Below are positions 21,902 to 33,200 of a stretch of DNA of 64,000 bases, one piece after another (position 1 is the first letter of the stretch; each line of letters begins with the position of its first letter). This DNA comes from Balanoglossus misakiensis (taxonomy: Eukaryota; Animalia; Hemichordata), in assembly GCA_040954595.2 (NCBI GenBank), contig JBECUI020000032.1, forward strand, positions 124,001 to 188,000, written 5' to 3'. Both the position numbers and the translations under genes were made by a program. The notes under the pieces were generated by a model. The model had not been told where the DNA came from. It made no database searches and worked only from the letters and a program-made list of their open reading frames with translations.

Positions 21902-23611
21902 ATGGGTCGTTTTATTTTACTATGTCTTTCCACTGCATGGATCTTCTTAGCAAGCTGCTCTCCCCCCCCCTCTGTTCACGTAAATTCTGATGCTAGTCTG
22001 ATCGAACTTCAAGTGAGTATTGGCTGGCAGGAATACACGGCATCCATTGAGGGAACCGTAGCTACGATTGTAGGAGGCGGCCGCCCTGGACATCTCCGTG
22101 CAAAACTGGATAAAGTTACCCTCCCCTCGAATGCTTCCTCCTACCCTGCCGAAGGAGGGTTGATAATCTTTATTGACGGCGAGTCTCATATGGTAGTGAC
22201 GGCTCAAGATGGAACAGAAGAGAGCTATACAATAGTAATTACCCGAGCCCCATATTTTTACACAGATATATTAGAGCTAGACCTGAGTATTAACGGAATA
22301 ATCTACAACATAATACCTCAAGACAACAAACCTACTATCAGAGGGTTGTTTGGCCCAGAGCCATTTGAAGTGTTTTTGGAATCGATAGACTTACCAACTG
22401 GGGCTCGTTCCATACCCAGCATGAACGAATCATTGGGCCTTGTTTGGGATGAAGCTACCCTTACCGTAGTCGCAGAGGACAACACTACCACCCAACAATA
22501 CCAAATCAACTTTGATAACGAATTTCGTTATACGAGTATTCTCAACAGCATAAACAAACTTACCCTCAACCTGGAGGGCAGAGACTATGTTGCATCCATA
22601 GAAGGGACCTCCTTAGTAATTACTGGATTTTTTGCGGATTCACAATCACCGGAAGGGATTGTAAAGGAAATTGGCTTGGTTTCTCCCTTGGACATCGAAA
22701 GCGCACCTGCCGTAGGAGAAACTATTTCTTTTGACAAGGGAAAGGCTAACATTATTATAGAAAGTAGACTCAAGAAGCAACCGGAAGTCTACACATTAAG
22801 CCTTGTTGCTCCTGATGATTTTGTTCAGGTAGAAGGAGATAGTTTTATTATGGGTAGTGAGACAAATAACAACGGTTGGGAGAAACAGCATGTAGTGACG
22901 GTGAGTAATTTTTATTTACAGAAGTATGAAGTAACGCACATGCAGTATGAAAATTTCTTAAATGATTCAGGCGTATTGCCAACAGGAGTGAAAGACGGTG
23001 AATTGTATATAGAACTGAACAATTCAGGAATCCAACATGACGGCACAAATTTTGTGATCTCCCCCTCTGCAAAGTATCACCCTGTAACAGGGGTAACCTG
23101 GATTGGAGCAATGGCTTATAGTGAGTGGGTGGCAAGTACTGAAAAGTATGGGACAATTATACCTGGGGAAGAAGCTTTTAATGTATACGGAAAACTTCCT
23201 ACTGAAGCGGAATGGGAGTATGCAGCTCGGGGAGGCAACAAAAGTGCAGATTACATCTATTCTGGTAGCAACATCCCGGGTAATGTAGCCTGGTACAAAA
23301 TAAACAGAGATCCTTCTACTCAACCAGTGGGGAAGAAGGAACCCAATGAACTTGGGTTTTACGATATGAGTGGTAATGTCTGGGAATGGTGTTCAGACTT
23401 CTTTGAAGGAACTTTTTATGACAACAGTCCACCGGTAGATCCGGAAGGACCTTTATTTGGTCTGGAACGTGTGTTACGAGGGGGAAGTTTCTCTAGTCAA
23501 CTTGAGCATGAACTCCAAGTAAGTCATCGTAATTATCACCTACCAGGGGATTCCCAAAAGAATATTGGTTTTCGTCCCACTATCAAGTTGCGTGCTGTCA
23601 ATACGCCCTAG
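21902..23611 (+). CDS. Lipoprotein with Ig-like repeats and a C-terminal FGE-sulfatase (SUMF1) domain
   Basis: Lipobox LASC; VTAQDG/VAEDN beta-sandwich repeats; LPTEAEWEYAARGG, NELGFYDMSGNVWEWC, RVLRGGS, IGFR. Confidence 0.9.
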   Translation: MGRFILLCLSTAWIFLASCSPPPSVHVNSDASLIELQVSIGWQEYTASIEGTVATIVGGGRPGHLRAKLDKVTLPSNASSYPAEGGLIIFIDGESHMVVTAQDGTEESYTIVITRAPYFYTDILELDLSINGIIYNIIPQDNKPTIRGLFGPEPFEVFLESIDLPTGARSIPSMNESLGLVWDEATLTVVAEDNTTTQQYQINFDNEFRYTSILNSINKLTLNLEGRDYVASIEGTSLVITGFFADSQSPEGIVKEIGLVSPLDIESAPAVGETISFDKGKANIIIESRLKKQPEVYTLSLVAPDDFVQVEGDSFIMGSETNNNGWEKQHVVTVSNFYLQKYEVTHMQYENFLNDSGVLPTGVKDGELYIELNNSGIQHDGTNFVISPSAKYHPVTGVTWIGAMAYSEWVASTEKYGTIIPGEEAFNVYGKLPTEAEWEYAARGGNKSADYIYSGSNIPGNVAWYKINRDPSTQPVGKKEPNELGFYDMSGNVWEWCSDFFEGTFYDNSPPVDPEGPLFGLERVLRGGSFSSQLEHELQVSHRNYHLPGDSQKNIGFRPTIKLRAVNTP

Positions 23612-23712
23612 ATTTGTGATAACTTCTACCTGTTTCAAAAAATCCGCAGAGAAAAAACTCTCAACGATGGCAGGGACTTCCCTTACTGCTCTTGTGTTTT
23701 TCAAAAAGATTT

Positions 23713-24339
23713 ATGAATGATTATTTGAGAATGGAAGAAGTTTCCATTCTCAAACAACATCGCTTTGTCTTAGATTCGATAACTTTCCATCTTAGCCGTG
23801 GTCAGGGAGTCTTGATCTCTGGCGAAAACGGATCGGGGAAGACAACGCTACTTCGAAGTATTTTAGGATTTGAAAAGCTTAGTAGCGGGAGTATCTTATT
23901 AAACGGTGAAGAACCTAGTAGATTCCTGCGCCGAGGGGGAAGAATTTCCTATGTACCCCAAGATTCCCACAAGGGAAATTTCCCCGTCAGCGTTGAAGAG
24001 ATACTGCGCTTCAGCGGTCATCGAACTCAAAAGGAAGCTCAAAGAGCTTTGGCAAGATTCAACGGCGATGCCCTTTTTTTCAAAAACTACAACACACTCT
24101 CAGGAGGAGAAAAACAGAAAGTGCAGTTGACTCGCTGTCTTTTGGAGGATGCCTGTCTGATCTTGCTGGATGAACCTAGCCATTTCCTTGATCAAAACAG
24201 CAAAAATGAACTAAAAAACATCATTCTGGAATTGAAAGAAGAAGGGAACAGGACCATTTTACTAACTTCCCATAACAAGGACTGGGGCAAGGGGCTAAAA
24301 TGGGATTCTAAAATTCTTTGTGGGGGGAAACTATGCTAG
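23713..24339 (+). CDS. Metal ABC transporter ATP-binding protein
   Basis: GENGSGKT, LSGGEKQ, LLDEP. Confidence 0.88.
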   Translation: MNDYLRMEEVSILKQHRFVLDSITFHLSRGQGVLISGENGSGKTTLLRSILGFEKLSSGSILLNGEEPSRFLRRGGRISYVPQDSHKGNFPVSVEEILRFSGHRTQKEAQRALARFNGDALFFKNYNTLSGGEKQKVQLTRCLLEDACLILLDEPSHFLDQNSKNELKNIILELKEEGNRTILLTSHNKDWGKGLKWDSKILCGGKLC

Positions 24340-25163
24340 AACTTCTGAGTTATCCCCCATCCTCAAAGGAATTTGTTTGACCATTGTTGCTGGAGCAAGT
24401 TTGCCCGTTACAGGCCTATTCGTTCTTCGTCTTCAGTTCTTTACTTTACGATTTCTTCTGATGCATGGAGGTCTGTTGGGAGGGATTTTGGCCCAACTTC
24501 TGGGCCTGCCCTCCAGTTTTGTGATTATTATTGTGAACCTATTGATTGCTCACGGGGTCTTTCTACTATCCCGGGATAATATGCAGTTAGGTTCCTCCAT
24601 AATCACGGCCTTTATGGTGATCACTTTAGCCCTGACCTCCATCTTGAGTACCCTACAGGAGGTGCCGGGAAAAGAAATTCTTTCCCTACTCTGGGTAGCG
24701 TCTACATTGTACACTGGGGGGAGGTAGTCGCGGTAATAGTTTTTTCTTTGCTGCTAAACGGTCTGGCCTTTCTGCATTTAGACAAATTGAATGCGGTGCT
24801 ATTTTTCTCCGGAAATAGCCAGATCAAATGGAATCAATGACAGGCTCTACATCTACATCATTATCATGGGCATTAGTTTTGCCGTAGGTTTTGCCATACC
24901 CATTACCGGCATACTCTTGCTTGATGCCCTCATGCTCCTACCGGCACTTATTGCCATGCAGTGGGGGAAAAGTATGTATGGAACCATGGTCAGTGCTATT
25001 TTTATTGGACTTGGAATCAGTCTGGTAGGCACTCTGCTCTCTCTGACCCTGAACCTTCCCACCTGGAGGGATGATAGCACTAGTTGGAGGTGTAGGCCTT
25101 GTTGGAGTTCATTTGATGAAGCACAGCATTAGTTCCTGGATGCAGAAAAGAAGAAGTTCCTAG
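24333..25163 (+). pseudogene. Metal ABC transporter permease (ZnuB-like), frameshifted as assembled
   Basis: Fragments MLELLSY / LMHGGLLG / GILLLDALMLLPA / GGMIALV are joined by about four 1-bp indels (near 24357, 24694, 24804, 25061). Confidence 0.7.
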
Positions 25164-25233
25164 TTATACCACAGTTTCCTTAGTCTACAAAACGCATATT
25201 TCGGAAAGAACCGAGTCAGAAAAGAAGAAGTTT

Positions 25234-26086
25234 CTAACCTTTAAGAGCTCCACTGGTAAGACCCTTAATAATTTGTTCGTGCATTAGAATATAAACCAAA
25301 ACCAATGGCACAATGGTCAACACGATAGCAGCAAACATAGAAGTATAGTCGGTAAAGAATTGGCTAGTAAAGAAACGAATGCCTAACTGCAAGGTCCGAG
25401 AATCTGGATGCGAGGTGAGCAATAAAGCATAAAGAAATTCATTCCAACTAAAAAGGAAACAAAAGTCCCTGCGGTTACCAGGCCCTGACGGCTTAGGGGT
25501 AAGACTATTTTCCAATAACGACCAGCAAATCCTGTGCCGTCCATAATGGCTGCTTCTTCTAATTCCTTTGGCAGGGTTTTCATAAACCCATAGAGAAGAA
25601 AGGTGGAAATAGGAATGTTGATGGCAGCGTAGGTAAGGATCAACGCTCCTAGAGTATCATAAATTCCTAAGGCATTAACTAGCCGAAAATAAGGAGCCAT
25701 CAGGGCAATAATGGGCACCAGAACCCCAGCAATAATCATATTCAACAGGGTTTGACGAAAAGGAAAATGCTCCCGGGCAAAAACGAATCCTCCAAGAGAA
25801 GTAACGAAAATGGTCAAGACTGTGGACATGGTAGAGACAATAATGCTGTTGAGAAATAGCCTGGGCAGTCCTGAAATTTCTATGGCATTGAGATAATTCT
25901 TGAATTGCCAGATTTCGGGAAAGGCAAAGGGACGATTGTGCAATTCCAGATTAGTTTTGAAACTGGAAATAATTAGCCATATCAGGGTAGAAAGGTAAGG
26001 ATGAAGAAAAAGACCAGCACGGTCCATTTGGCGATAAGGCCTAGAAAAGTAGGAAAAGTTGTGGGGTTTTTTGTGGATGTGGGCAT
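25234..26086 (-). pseudogene. Carbohydrate ABC permease (MalG-like), frameshifted as assembled
   Basis: EAA motif ELEEAAIMDG, C-terminal GLTSGALKG; split over ORFs 25234-25515 and 25383-26027. Confidence 0.75.
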
Positions 26087-26095
26087 GAAGAACCT

Positions 26096-26985
26096 CTATT
26101 GTGTCAAGTCGGAGGCTGAACTTTGTCGTCCGATGGTAGAACGGATAGTAACAATCATTATTACCCCCAGAACCACAAGAGTAACACCCAAAGTAGCGGC
26201 TTTGCCGTAGTCCAAGGAACTAAGCCGCTTGTACTGAAGTATCCCAAGGACTGACGTGGTGTTAGCAGGACCTCCGTTGGTAAGAAGAAAAGTCGCCTCG
26301 AAATGACGCAAACCAAAGGCCATTGCCAAGGTCATGGCAGTGATCAGAATATCTTTAATCATGGGCAGGGTAATGGCAAATTCCTGCTGCCAGATCGTAG
26401 CCCCATCAATTTCGGCTGCCTCGTAGAGACTTTTGGGGATAACCATGACAGAGGCAAGAACAATGATCATGAAATAACCAATATAGAAAATTTGCTGGAC
26501 AAGAATAGCCGGTAGAGCGGTATTGATTTCTCCAAGCCAGCTACGGGTCAGATGCTCCAAACCCAATTTGTCAAGAATTGGTTAATAGCACCGAATTCAG
26601 CATTATACAGAGCGGCCCACATCATGGCAATGGCGACCTGGCTAATAACATTGGGAAGGAAATAGACGGTCCGTAAGAAACGCCAGCCCTTGGGTTGGCG
26701 AGCAAGGATCAGAGCCACTGTAGTGGCCATGCCTATCTGAAGAATACCGTGGGCAAAGAGCCAAACAATGTTGTTGCGTACAGATAGCAGAAAGGTTCTA
26801 TTTCTGAAATTTTCAGTAAAGTTTTTTAGTCCTACAAACTTGGCATCGACAATACCATTCCATTCCAAAGTACTTGTGACAAAAAGGAAAATCAAAGGAT
26901 AGAGGAAATACAAGACATACAAAACAAGAACAGGTGTAAGAAACAAAACTATCCACCCGCCACGTTTTCTGTTTTTGACAATCAC
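26096..26985 (-). pseudogene. Carbohydrate ABC permease (MalF-like), frameshifted as assembled
   Basis: FVGLKNF, LYEAAEIDGA, TNGGPANTT; split near 26560. Confidence 0.75.
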
Positions 26986-27078
26986 AGCCCTATCTTCCTC
27001 CCTCTGAAATAATGTCCCAGCTTTAAAGGCGGCCTCTCCCAAGACCGCCTGCCCTATTCTACTAGTTACTGAAATTTG

Positions 27079-28348
27079 TTATTGGGCATCAATAAGCATT
27101 TGAACAAATTCCTCCGGACTAGCCCTTCCCAAAGCCATGGCTTCAAGTGACGGACCAAACTGCTGAGTAACAGCAATATCTACCTGACTCTGGAAATGAC
27201 CAATAACAAAGGTAGCTTCACTAGCAACTCGAACAAATTCTTTTTGAAGGGGATCCGCAGCATCACCTAATTCATATTTAACAGCAAACAAGGCGCCTGC
27301 CATTTCGCTGATGTATTTGACATTTTCAGGGGCTGTGAGAAACTTCATAAAGGCTACAACAGCCTCACGTCGTCGAGGGTTGTCTGTATTGGCTGCCGCT
27401 AAGTTGGAAAGCATGAAGCCCACTTGATGACCATGGTATTGACCTACCTTAGGGGCTACAGCCAATTTAGTAGCAGCATGGGTTTCGGGTGCATCTTTTT
27501 TAATGCGGCCAATATACCAAGGGCCGTTAATGAAAGTAGCCGGTATTCTGATTCATGTAATGCCCCCCGGAAATACCGGCATCACCCCCCAAGGCATCTC
27601 GAGTGGTGTTCCCCTCAGCATAAAGCTTCTGCAGCCTCGGCTCCCTGCACATAAATAGGATTAGTCAATGGCTGTTTCCAGACTTCTGGACCGCCTAGGC
27701 TGCCCATGATGTGGCTGTACCAAAGCATGCTGGTCCAGGCATTGATTCCCCCGGTCATCTGGCTACCGGGAACAATTCCAGCGGCCTTCAGCTTTTGGGG
27801 CGACGGGCCCCCCCCCAGAATGCCTCTATTGTTTCAGGGAAGCTTTCAATTCCAGCCTTTTTGAATAGAGCGAGTTGTACCAAATCGGGGTGATTCAATC
27901 TCGAAGGGTACAGATTTGGTTCGACCATCTTTCGTACTCTCCATAACATAACTTTCTACAAACTCATCCCGCCAGGAACTCTGTAGTTCATCAGTAAAGT
28001 CCAAAAGAATATCACTTTGGTAATACTGAAAGGTAGTGGGATCGTGGGTTAAAAACAAAGATGTCAGGTGCCCTACCTGAAGACAACTGGGTATTCAATT
28101 TATCTCTGTAACCATCAACATCGGGGTTGGGTTCAATGACCACTTTGATGGCACCAGCATTCTGGCTGTTAAACTTCTCCAGAAGCACCTCCAGAGGAGC
28201 AGACTTAGAGTCCTGCCCTACCCAGAAGGTTGGGAAATTTAAAACGATCTCCCCCTCTTCCATCATTTCCACTTCACCCCCGGCAAAGGCTGGAAGAATG
28301 ACAAAAGACATAAAAAGCACTATAAAAACACGAACGTTTACTTTGCAT
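27079..28348 (-). pseudogene. Carbohydrate ABC substrate-binding protein, multiply frameshifted as assembled
   Basis: Signal peptide FAGG, LSSGRAPDIF, FMKFLT; fragments in several frames; AAGGAG before ATG 28348. Confidence 0.7.
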
Positions 28349-28486
28349 AACCTTACTCCTTTTGATTCTTATTATAATAACAGGACCTCAATCTCCTTTA
28401 AATAAATGCATTGCTTTCTTAACGACAACATCCATTACCTTAGTCACTATTTTATGCCCCAATTCTATGCCTAATAATAAAACAGC

Positions 28487-29245
28487 TTATGTTGTTATTT
28501 CTTTTGATTCCCCCTTTAGGAAATCAGTGTTTTTATCTCCTACCCAGTATCTTTCTCCAGCAATGCACCAGATAAAACACAGCGGACTGGTATCACTGAA
28601 AACAGGATGATAATTTAAAAAGGGAATAGTCACATGGTCACCAACGGAAACAGAGGTGACAAAGGTTTGGTTTGCATCGTTTTCATAAACGGTCATTGCT
28701 CCACTACCCTGAATAAAACTGTAGACTTCCTCCTGGTCCGTATGGTTGTGAGGAGGCCAGGCCCGGGTAGATTTTTCATAAAAGGTATATCCCGCTATAA
28801 ACTTATTGGCATCTTCAGAGACATCGAACATTTTGTACACTACCTTTTTCTTCAGGTAACGAATCCTACTTTCAGTTTTCTTTGCCTCCTCAAAACGAGA
28901 ATGAAATACCGGATAGATCTTATCTCCCACAGCCCTATAGACATAAAGCTTCCCTTCCGATTCTCCACTGTGACTCACACTAAACCCTGTCCCTACAGGC
29001 ACATACAACACGTCGTAATAGGCCAAATCATATTTTTCTCCGGCTACACGACAACTGACAGGACCGCCTAAATTAAACAGAAGAACCTCTTCGCCTTGAA
29101 AAGCAAATGAGGGACTATCAGCCTCCCGAATAAGGAGTTCTGCTGCACTTAGGTAATCCAGTCCGCTGTTTCGCTTGTTGAATATTTCCCGAAATTCACA
29201 ACAGCTGTTTCTAGAGTTGAATTTCTTTCCTGGTTTAACCATCAT
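28487..29245 (-). CDS. KduI/IolB-like cupin sugar isomerase
   Basis: YDVLYVP, WPPHNH, QEEVY, YHPV, FIWCIAG. Confidence 0.72.
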   Translation of the reverse strand: MMVKPGKKFNSRNSCCEFREIFNKRNSGLDYLSAAELLIREADSPSFAFQGEEVLLFNLGGPVSCRVAGEKYDLAYYDVLYVPVGTGFSVSHSGESEGKLYVYRAVGDKIYPVFHSRFEEAKKTESRIRYLKKKVVYKMFDVSEDANKFIAGYTFYEKSTRAWPPHNHTDQEEVYSFIQGSGAMTVYENDANQTFVTSVSVGDHVTIPFLNYHPVFSDTSPLCFIWCIAGERYWVGDKNTDFLKGESKEITT

Positions 29246-29577
29246 TTCATCCTTATAGACAATGAGGCTTGCTTATTATTTATTTTCTATAAGTAATTAT
29301 ACAGAACACCAATAAAAGTGCAACAACTTTTTAAAAAAATGTTCATCATAAAATTCTGAAAATCTTTGTGGCTTGAGGGTTCTAAGGCAGCAAAACTGTT
29401 ATTTGACCAAGTGGAGAATTTTGGGGGCTTAAAGCTGAGATTTAGGAACTTGGAAGAAAGAAAAACACCGGCAAAGCCCGCCAGGAAGTCCAGAAAAGAA
29501 GAAACTCCTGTTTTTGGATGCTACGATGCTTTAAGAAATAATACCACTCCTCCGTTTTTGCAAGAGGAATGGAAGGG

Positions 29578-32046
29578 TTAGAGAATGGGATGGTTGGGCT
29601 GACCCGGGACCTCTGTGCTTGTACCGGATTGGAGTATATGGGGGTGGTAGGCAGGATCGGCATTGACAAGGCTGGTGATGAGCCAGTCGTTGCTGTCCCA
29701 GCCCAAAGTGGCAGTGTACCAGCTTGGGGTTTTCAGTTGAGATAGCGTAACGGGGCTACCTTCAGTATTTGGACTGGAGTGGGGACTACCATCAAGGTTA
29801 GTAATATTCTGGTTCTCATAACGGTAGTGATTAATAAGGCCGCTACCGTTATTCTCTCCAAATAGACCGCCTATGTTCTCATCATCACCTGAGACATTCC
29901 CGGTAGCATAACAGCCACTGATCGTACCGTTGCTCGTGCTTCCTGCCAAACCACCTGTGCTACTGGAACCCGAGATGTTTCCTGTGGCATAGCTGCTCCT
30001 TATGGTGCCTTCATTGTTGTATCCGACTAGACCGCCTGTTCGGTCGAGTCCTGAAACATCTCCGAGACTATAACTGTTGGTCACAAAACCTTTATCGATT
30101 CTTCCAACCAGACCTCCTGTTCTGTAGATTCCCAAAACAGTTGCGGTACTGAAACTACCTGTTAAGGTGCCCTTGTCATTCCATCCGATTATACCCCCTA
30201 CCCGCCCCTGCCCCGAGACGGTTCCAGTGGTATAGCTATTAATTACCATGCCTTGGTAATTATGTCCGACTAAGCCTCCCGTGTACCAAAGACCCACAAC
30301 TTCAGATTCCAAGAGTCTAAGTTTTTTGATTTCTCCACCATCTCCTAGAGTGCCAAACAAGCCGACCGCATTGGTATTGGAGGCTACGATGTTCATGCCG
30401 CTAATGCTGTGGTCATTGCCGTCAAAGTGGCCGTTATAACCACCGTTTTTGTACTCATTATACTCACCGTACATTCCGATGGTAAGGGGATCCCAGTTTC
30501 CGTTTGCAGCGTTCTGATCGTTATCGTAAGGGTCATCCTGTATTCCGTCGTTGTTGGCATCGGCGAAGTTAAGGTCCTTTTCTAGTATGTAATCCCAACC
30601 AGGAGGATAATTCTCCATATCTACTCCGATTTTGGCCAGCTCGCTTAAACGGTGAATGTGCTGTGTGCCATTGGGGGTAGGGATAAGGGGAGTGGAGTAG
30701 GTGTACACGGAATTTCCACCAACCAGGATGAGGCGTAGATAGTAAGTGGTACGATCAGTAAGTCCCGTTATTTCTTGATATATAAAACTGCCTGCCCCTA
30801 GGAAGCTGGATTCATTGGTAATGGTGTTAAATCCAACATCCGTGGATAGCTGCATCTTGGCTGTTACTCCGTTGGGAGCCCCAACTCTGGCTCCTATTGT
30901 TGTTGACCGGGGTATGGCATCAAGAATGCCCAGACTAAAAGGCTGATGAGGATTGCCGTCAATTTCCATCCAATTGTTTGTTTCTCCCAGAGAGTTTTCT
31001 CCCAGGACCCGGAGGTAATAGGAAGTGCCGCCAACCAGGTTGCTAAGGTTTATGTCTTGGGGACTCTCTGTGATCGTGATGGGATCTGAGGATATTCCCC
31101 GATCTGAGAAATCTTCTTGGGTGTGGGCCGATACGGTAATACTGACGCCAGGTAGGGCCGTGACTGTAACCGTGATGGTTTCTATTTTACTTTCGACCTT
31201 TGTTACAGTGACTTCAGGGTTGGCCCGGGGAATGTAGGGAGGATTATGGGGGGGTGATATCCAGTTACTGACGTCCCCCTGCTGGCTCATGCCCCGGACT
31301 CGAAGATAATAAGAAGTTCCATTGTTCAGACCGGTAAGGCTCAAACCAAGGGGAGCTTGGGGGGTCGACTCAAAATCAGCTAGTATTCCTTCATCGGAAA
31401 AATCTTGTTCCTTATGAGCTACGATAAGGTATGTCACATTAGCTAGGTTTTTGAGAGCAAGGGTGAGGCTCTTGTATCCTATTCTCACATCTTCTATGAC
31501 TTGGGGATCAAGATATGGGGTTTGATTCTCAAAACCATTCCAGGGAGTAAGGTCATAACCTGTCCCTCCAATGGAATAACTGAGGGAAATTTGCTCCTGA
31601 GAGCTGGAAAAGGTTTCAGCAAAGCTGGAAGCAAGGGCGGGGGGCTGGGGTGCTAAGATGATCACACTGGATAAAGCCGTATTCGTAAAGGCTAGATGAC
31701 CTATAAAGGCCACTCCAGTTCCCATCTCTACCTCTGTAAGAGATTCAGTATGATTGAATGCCTCATTCTCTATGATGCTCACGCTGTCAGGGATGCTTAC
31801 CTTGGTCAGGCTAGATCCTTTAAAGGCGGCCTGGGCGATTTTCGTGACCGGTTTATCCTTAATACGAGAGGGAATTTCCAGGATACTGCTAGCCTGGCCC
31901 TGTTCCGAGAGACCGGTTATGGTTATGTTTTCTCCTACTTCAAGGTAGTTAACATCTTCATATTGGCCAGATGGTATCGACGAAACGGCACATCCAGCCA
32001 AAAAAAGAATTAAGAAAGCCAGAAAGATTGTAGAATTAAACTTCAT
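29578..32046 (-). CDS. Surface lipoprotein: BspA-type LRR, Fn3-like domains and six GLUG-type repeats (divergent paralog of the array)
   Basis: Lipobox LAGC; IPDSVSIIENEAF; LTGLNNGTSYYLRV; GGLVG repeats; intact 822-aa ORF. Confidence 0.88.
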   Translation of the reverse strand: MKFNSTIFLAFLILFLAGCAVSSIPSGQYEDVNYLEVGENITITGLSEQGQASSILEIPSRIKDKPVTKIAQAAFKGSSLTKVSIPDSVSIIENEAFNHTESLTEVEMGTGVAFIGHLAFTNTALSSVIILAPQPPALASSFAETFSSSQEQISLSYSIGGTGYDLTPWNGFENQTPYLDPQVIEDVRIGYKSLTLALKNLANVTYLIVAHKEQDFSDEGILADFESTPQAPLGLSLTGLNNGTSYYLRVRGMSQQGDVSNWISPPHNPPYIPRANPEVTVTKVESKIETITVTVTALPGVSITVSAHTQEDFSDRGISSDPITITESPQDINLSNLVGGTSYYLRVLGENSLGETNNWMEIDGNPHQPFSLGILDAIPRSTTIGARVGAPNGVTAKMQLSTDVGFNTITNESSFLGAGSFIYQEITGLTDRTTYYLRLILVGGNSVYTYSTPLIPTPNGTQHIHRLSELAKIGVDMENYPPGWDYILEKDLNFADANNDGIQDDPYDNDQNAANGNWDPLTIGMYGEYNEYKNGGYNGHFDGNDHSISGMNIVASNTNAVGLFGTLGDGGEIKKLRLLESEVVGLWYTGGLVGHNYQGMVINSYTTGTVSGQGRVGGIIGWNDKGTLTGSFSTATVLGIYRTGGLVGRIDKGFVTNSYSLGDVSGLDRTGGLVGYNNEGTIRSSYATGNISGSSSTGGLAGSTSNGTISGCYATGNVSGDDENIGGLFGENNGSGLINHYRYENQNITNLDGSPHSSPNTEGSPVTLSQLKTPSWYTATLGWDSNDWLITSLVNADPAYHPHILQSGTSTEVPGQPNHPIL

Positions 32047-32380
32047 ACTATGTGTTTGTCTGTTACTCCTTCTTATTATTATCGCATCTTTGGAATAATA
32101 ACAGATTTATTTTTATCAAGTTTTTATTTATCGGCGCCTGATTTTCCTGCGGTGGAGGGAAATTATTTTGACTAGCATAGGTGGGAACCTCCAAGCAGTC
32201 TGGACCTGCACCAGGGAGAAAATGGACAATGAAGTCATTTTATTGGCATCCCGGCAGGTAAATTCCACCAAGATTAGCCTCAAATCGGCATTACAGCTAA
32301 AGGAAATTTCAAGAGTTTTCCTGTAGGGGTAATGGGGATAAGAAATGGGGCTTGGCCCGAAATCTCTGTGACCGTTCAGG

Positions 32381-32500
32381 TTAGGGGTAACGAGAGGGGT
32401 AGGCGGGAGAGCTAACTGACTGATCGGAGTTGTTCCACTCAATGGTTCCCGTGTAGCAGCCTGGGATTTGGAATTCGGCTAGGGTGACAATGCTGCCTGA
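32381..32500 (-). pseudogene. Remnant C-terminus of a GLUG lipoprotein paralog
   Basis: Translates as GSIVTLAEFQIPGCYTGTIEWN...PAY, compared with GSPVTLSQLKTPSWYTATLGWD...PAY in the intact paralog. Confidence 0.5.
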
Positions 32501-32793
32501 TAAGTGGGGTATCATGGAAAGTGAAGCTACACATAGCTGTCGTTGCCCCTTATGAAAGCTTCCAACCGACCAAAAAACCTGTGTTGTTATTGACAGGGAT
32601 ACCCACCTGATCAGTCCAGAATCCCTATTGTTCCAGCTATGGTGTTTTTTGAAGTATTTTTCTTTTTGAGATGGCTCATGGGAAAACCTTTAAGTTCTTT
32701 AGGCGGGGGGAATACGGACTCAAGGCCTGTGGATTTGGCTTGGAGTGCTCAAGCAGACTTGGGGAATTCAGGGAGCGTGACCCTAAGGAGAAT

Positions 32794-32870
32794 CCCCTGC
32801 GTCAGGGATTGGAGGGGCGCCGGAGGCGGTCCGATAGGACCGTAGCCCCGCAAAGCCCGCCCGGACGCCC
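32794..32870 (+). repeat. GC-rich palindromic REP/MITE-like element, copy 1
   Basis: CCCCTGCGTCAGGGATTGGAGGGGCGCCG...AAAGCCCGCCCGGACGCCC, near-identical to 48850-48927. Confidence 0.85.
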
Positions 32871-32954
32871 AGAAAAGAAGAAGTTACTGCATTTTTGATA
32901 CTGCGATATTTCTGTAGAAGAAACATCCCGCTTTTACATGTAAGTGAGGAGAAG

Positions 32955-33050
32955 TTAGTTGGGTTGGTGGGCTGGCCCAGAACTTCTATGCTTGCTCCGA
33001 TTTGAAGTGTATGGGGGTGCTAGGAAGGAGTGGCGTTGATAAGACCAGAA
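32955..33050 (-). pseudogene. Remnant 3' end of a paralog of the 29578-32046 gene
   Basis: Nucleotide similarity to about 29580-29680 (GGGCTG.CCC.G.AC.TCT.TGCTTG...TATGGGGGTG.TAGG). Confidence 0.5.
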
Positions 33051-33200
33051 AGTTGCCAATCGGTGGTGGAGCAATTTAGCTTACCAAATCCTCCAGAAAA
33101 AGGCCCAGAAAAGAAGAAGTTACTGTATTAAGGGCAAGGAATCTGCTTTATCAAGCAGAATCCACTTCTGCCGGAGTAACGTGCAAGCTAAGAAATGAAC

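Noticed and set aside
23460-23611. Complete diversity-generating retroelement
   Set aside because: No reverse transcriptase, avd gene or template repeat in the window.
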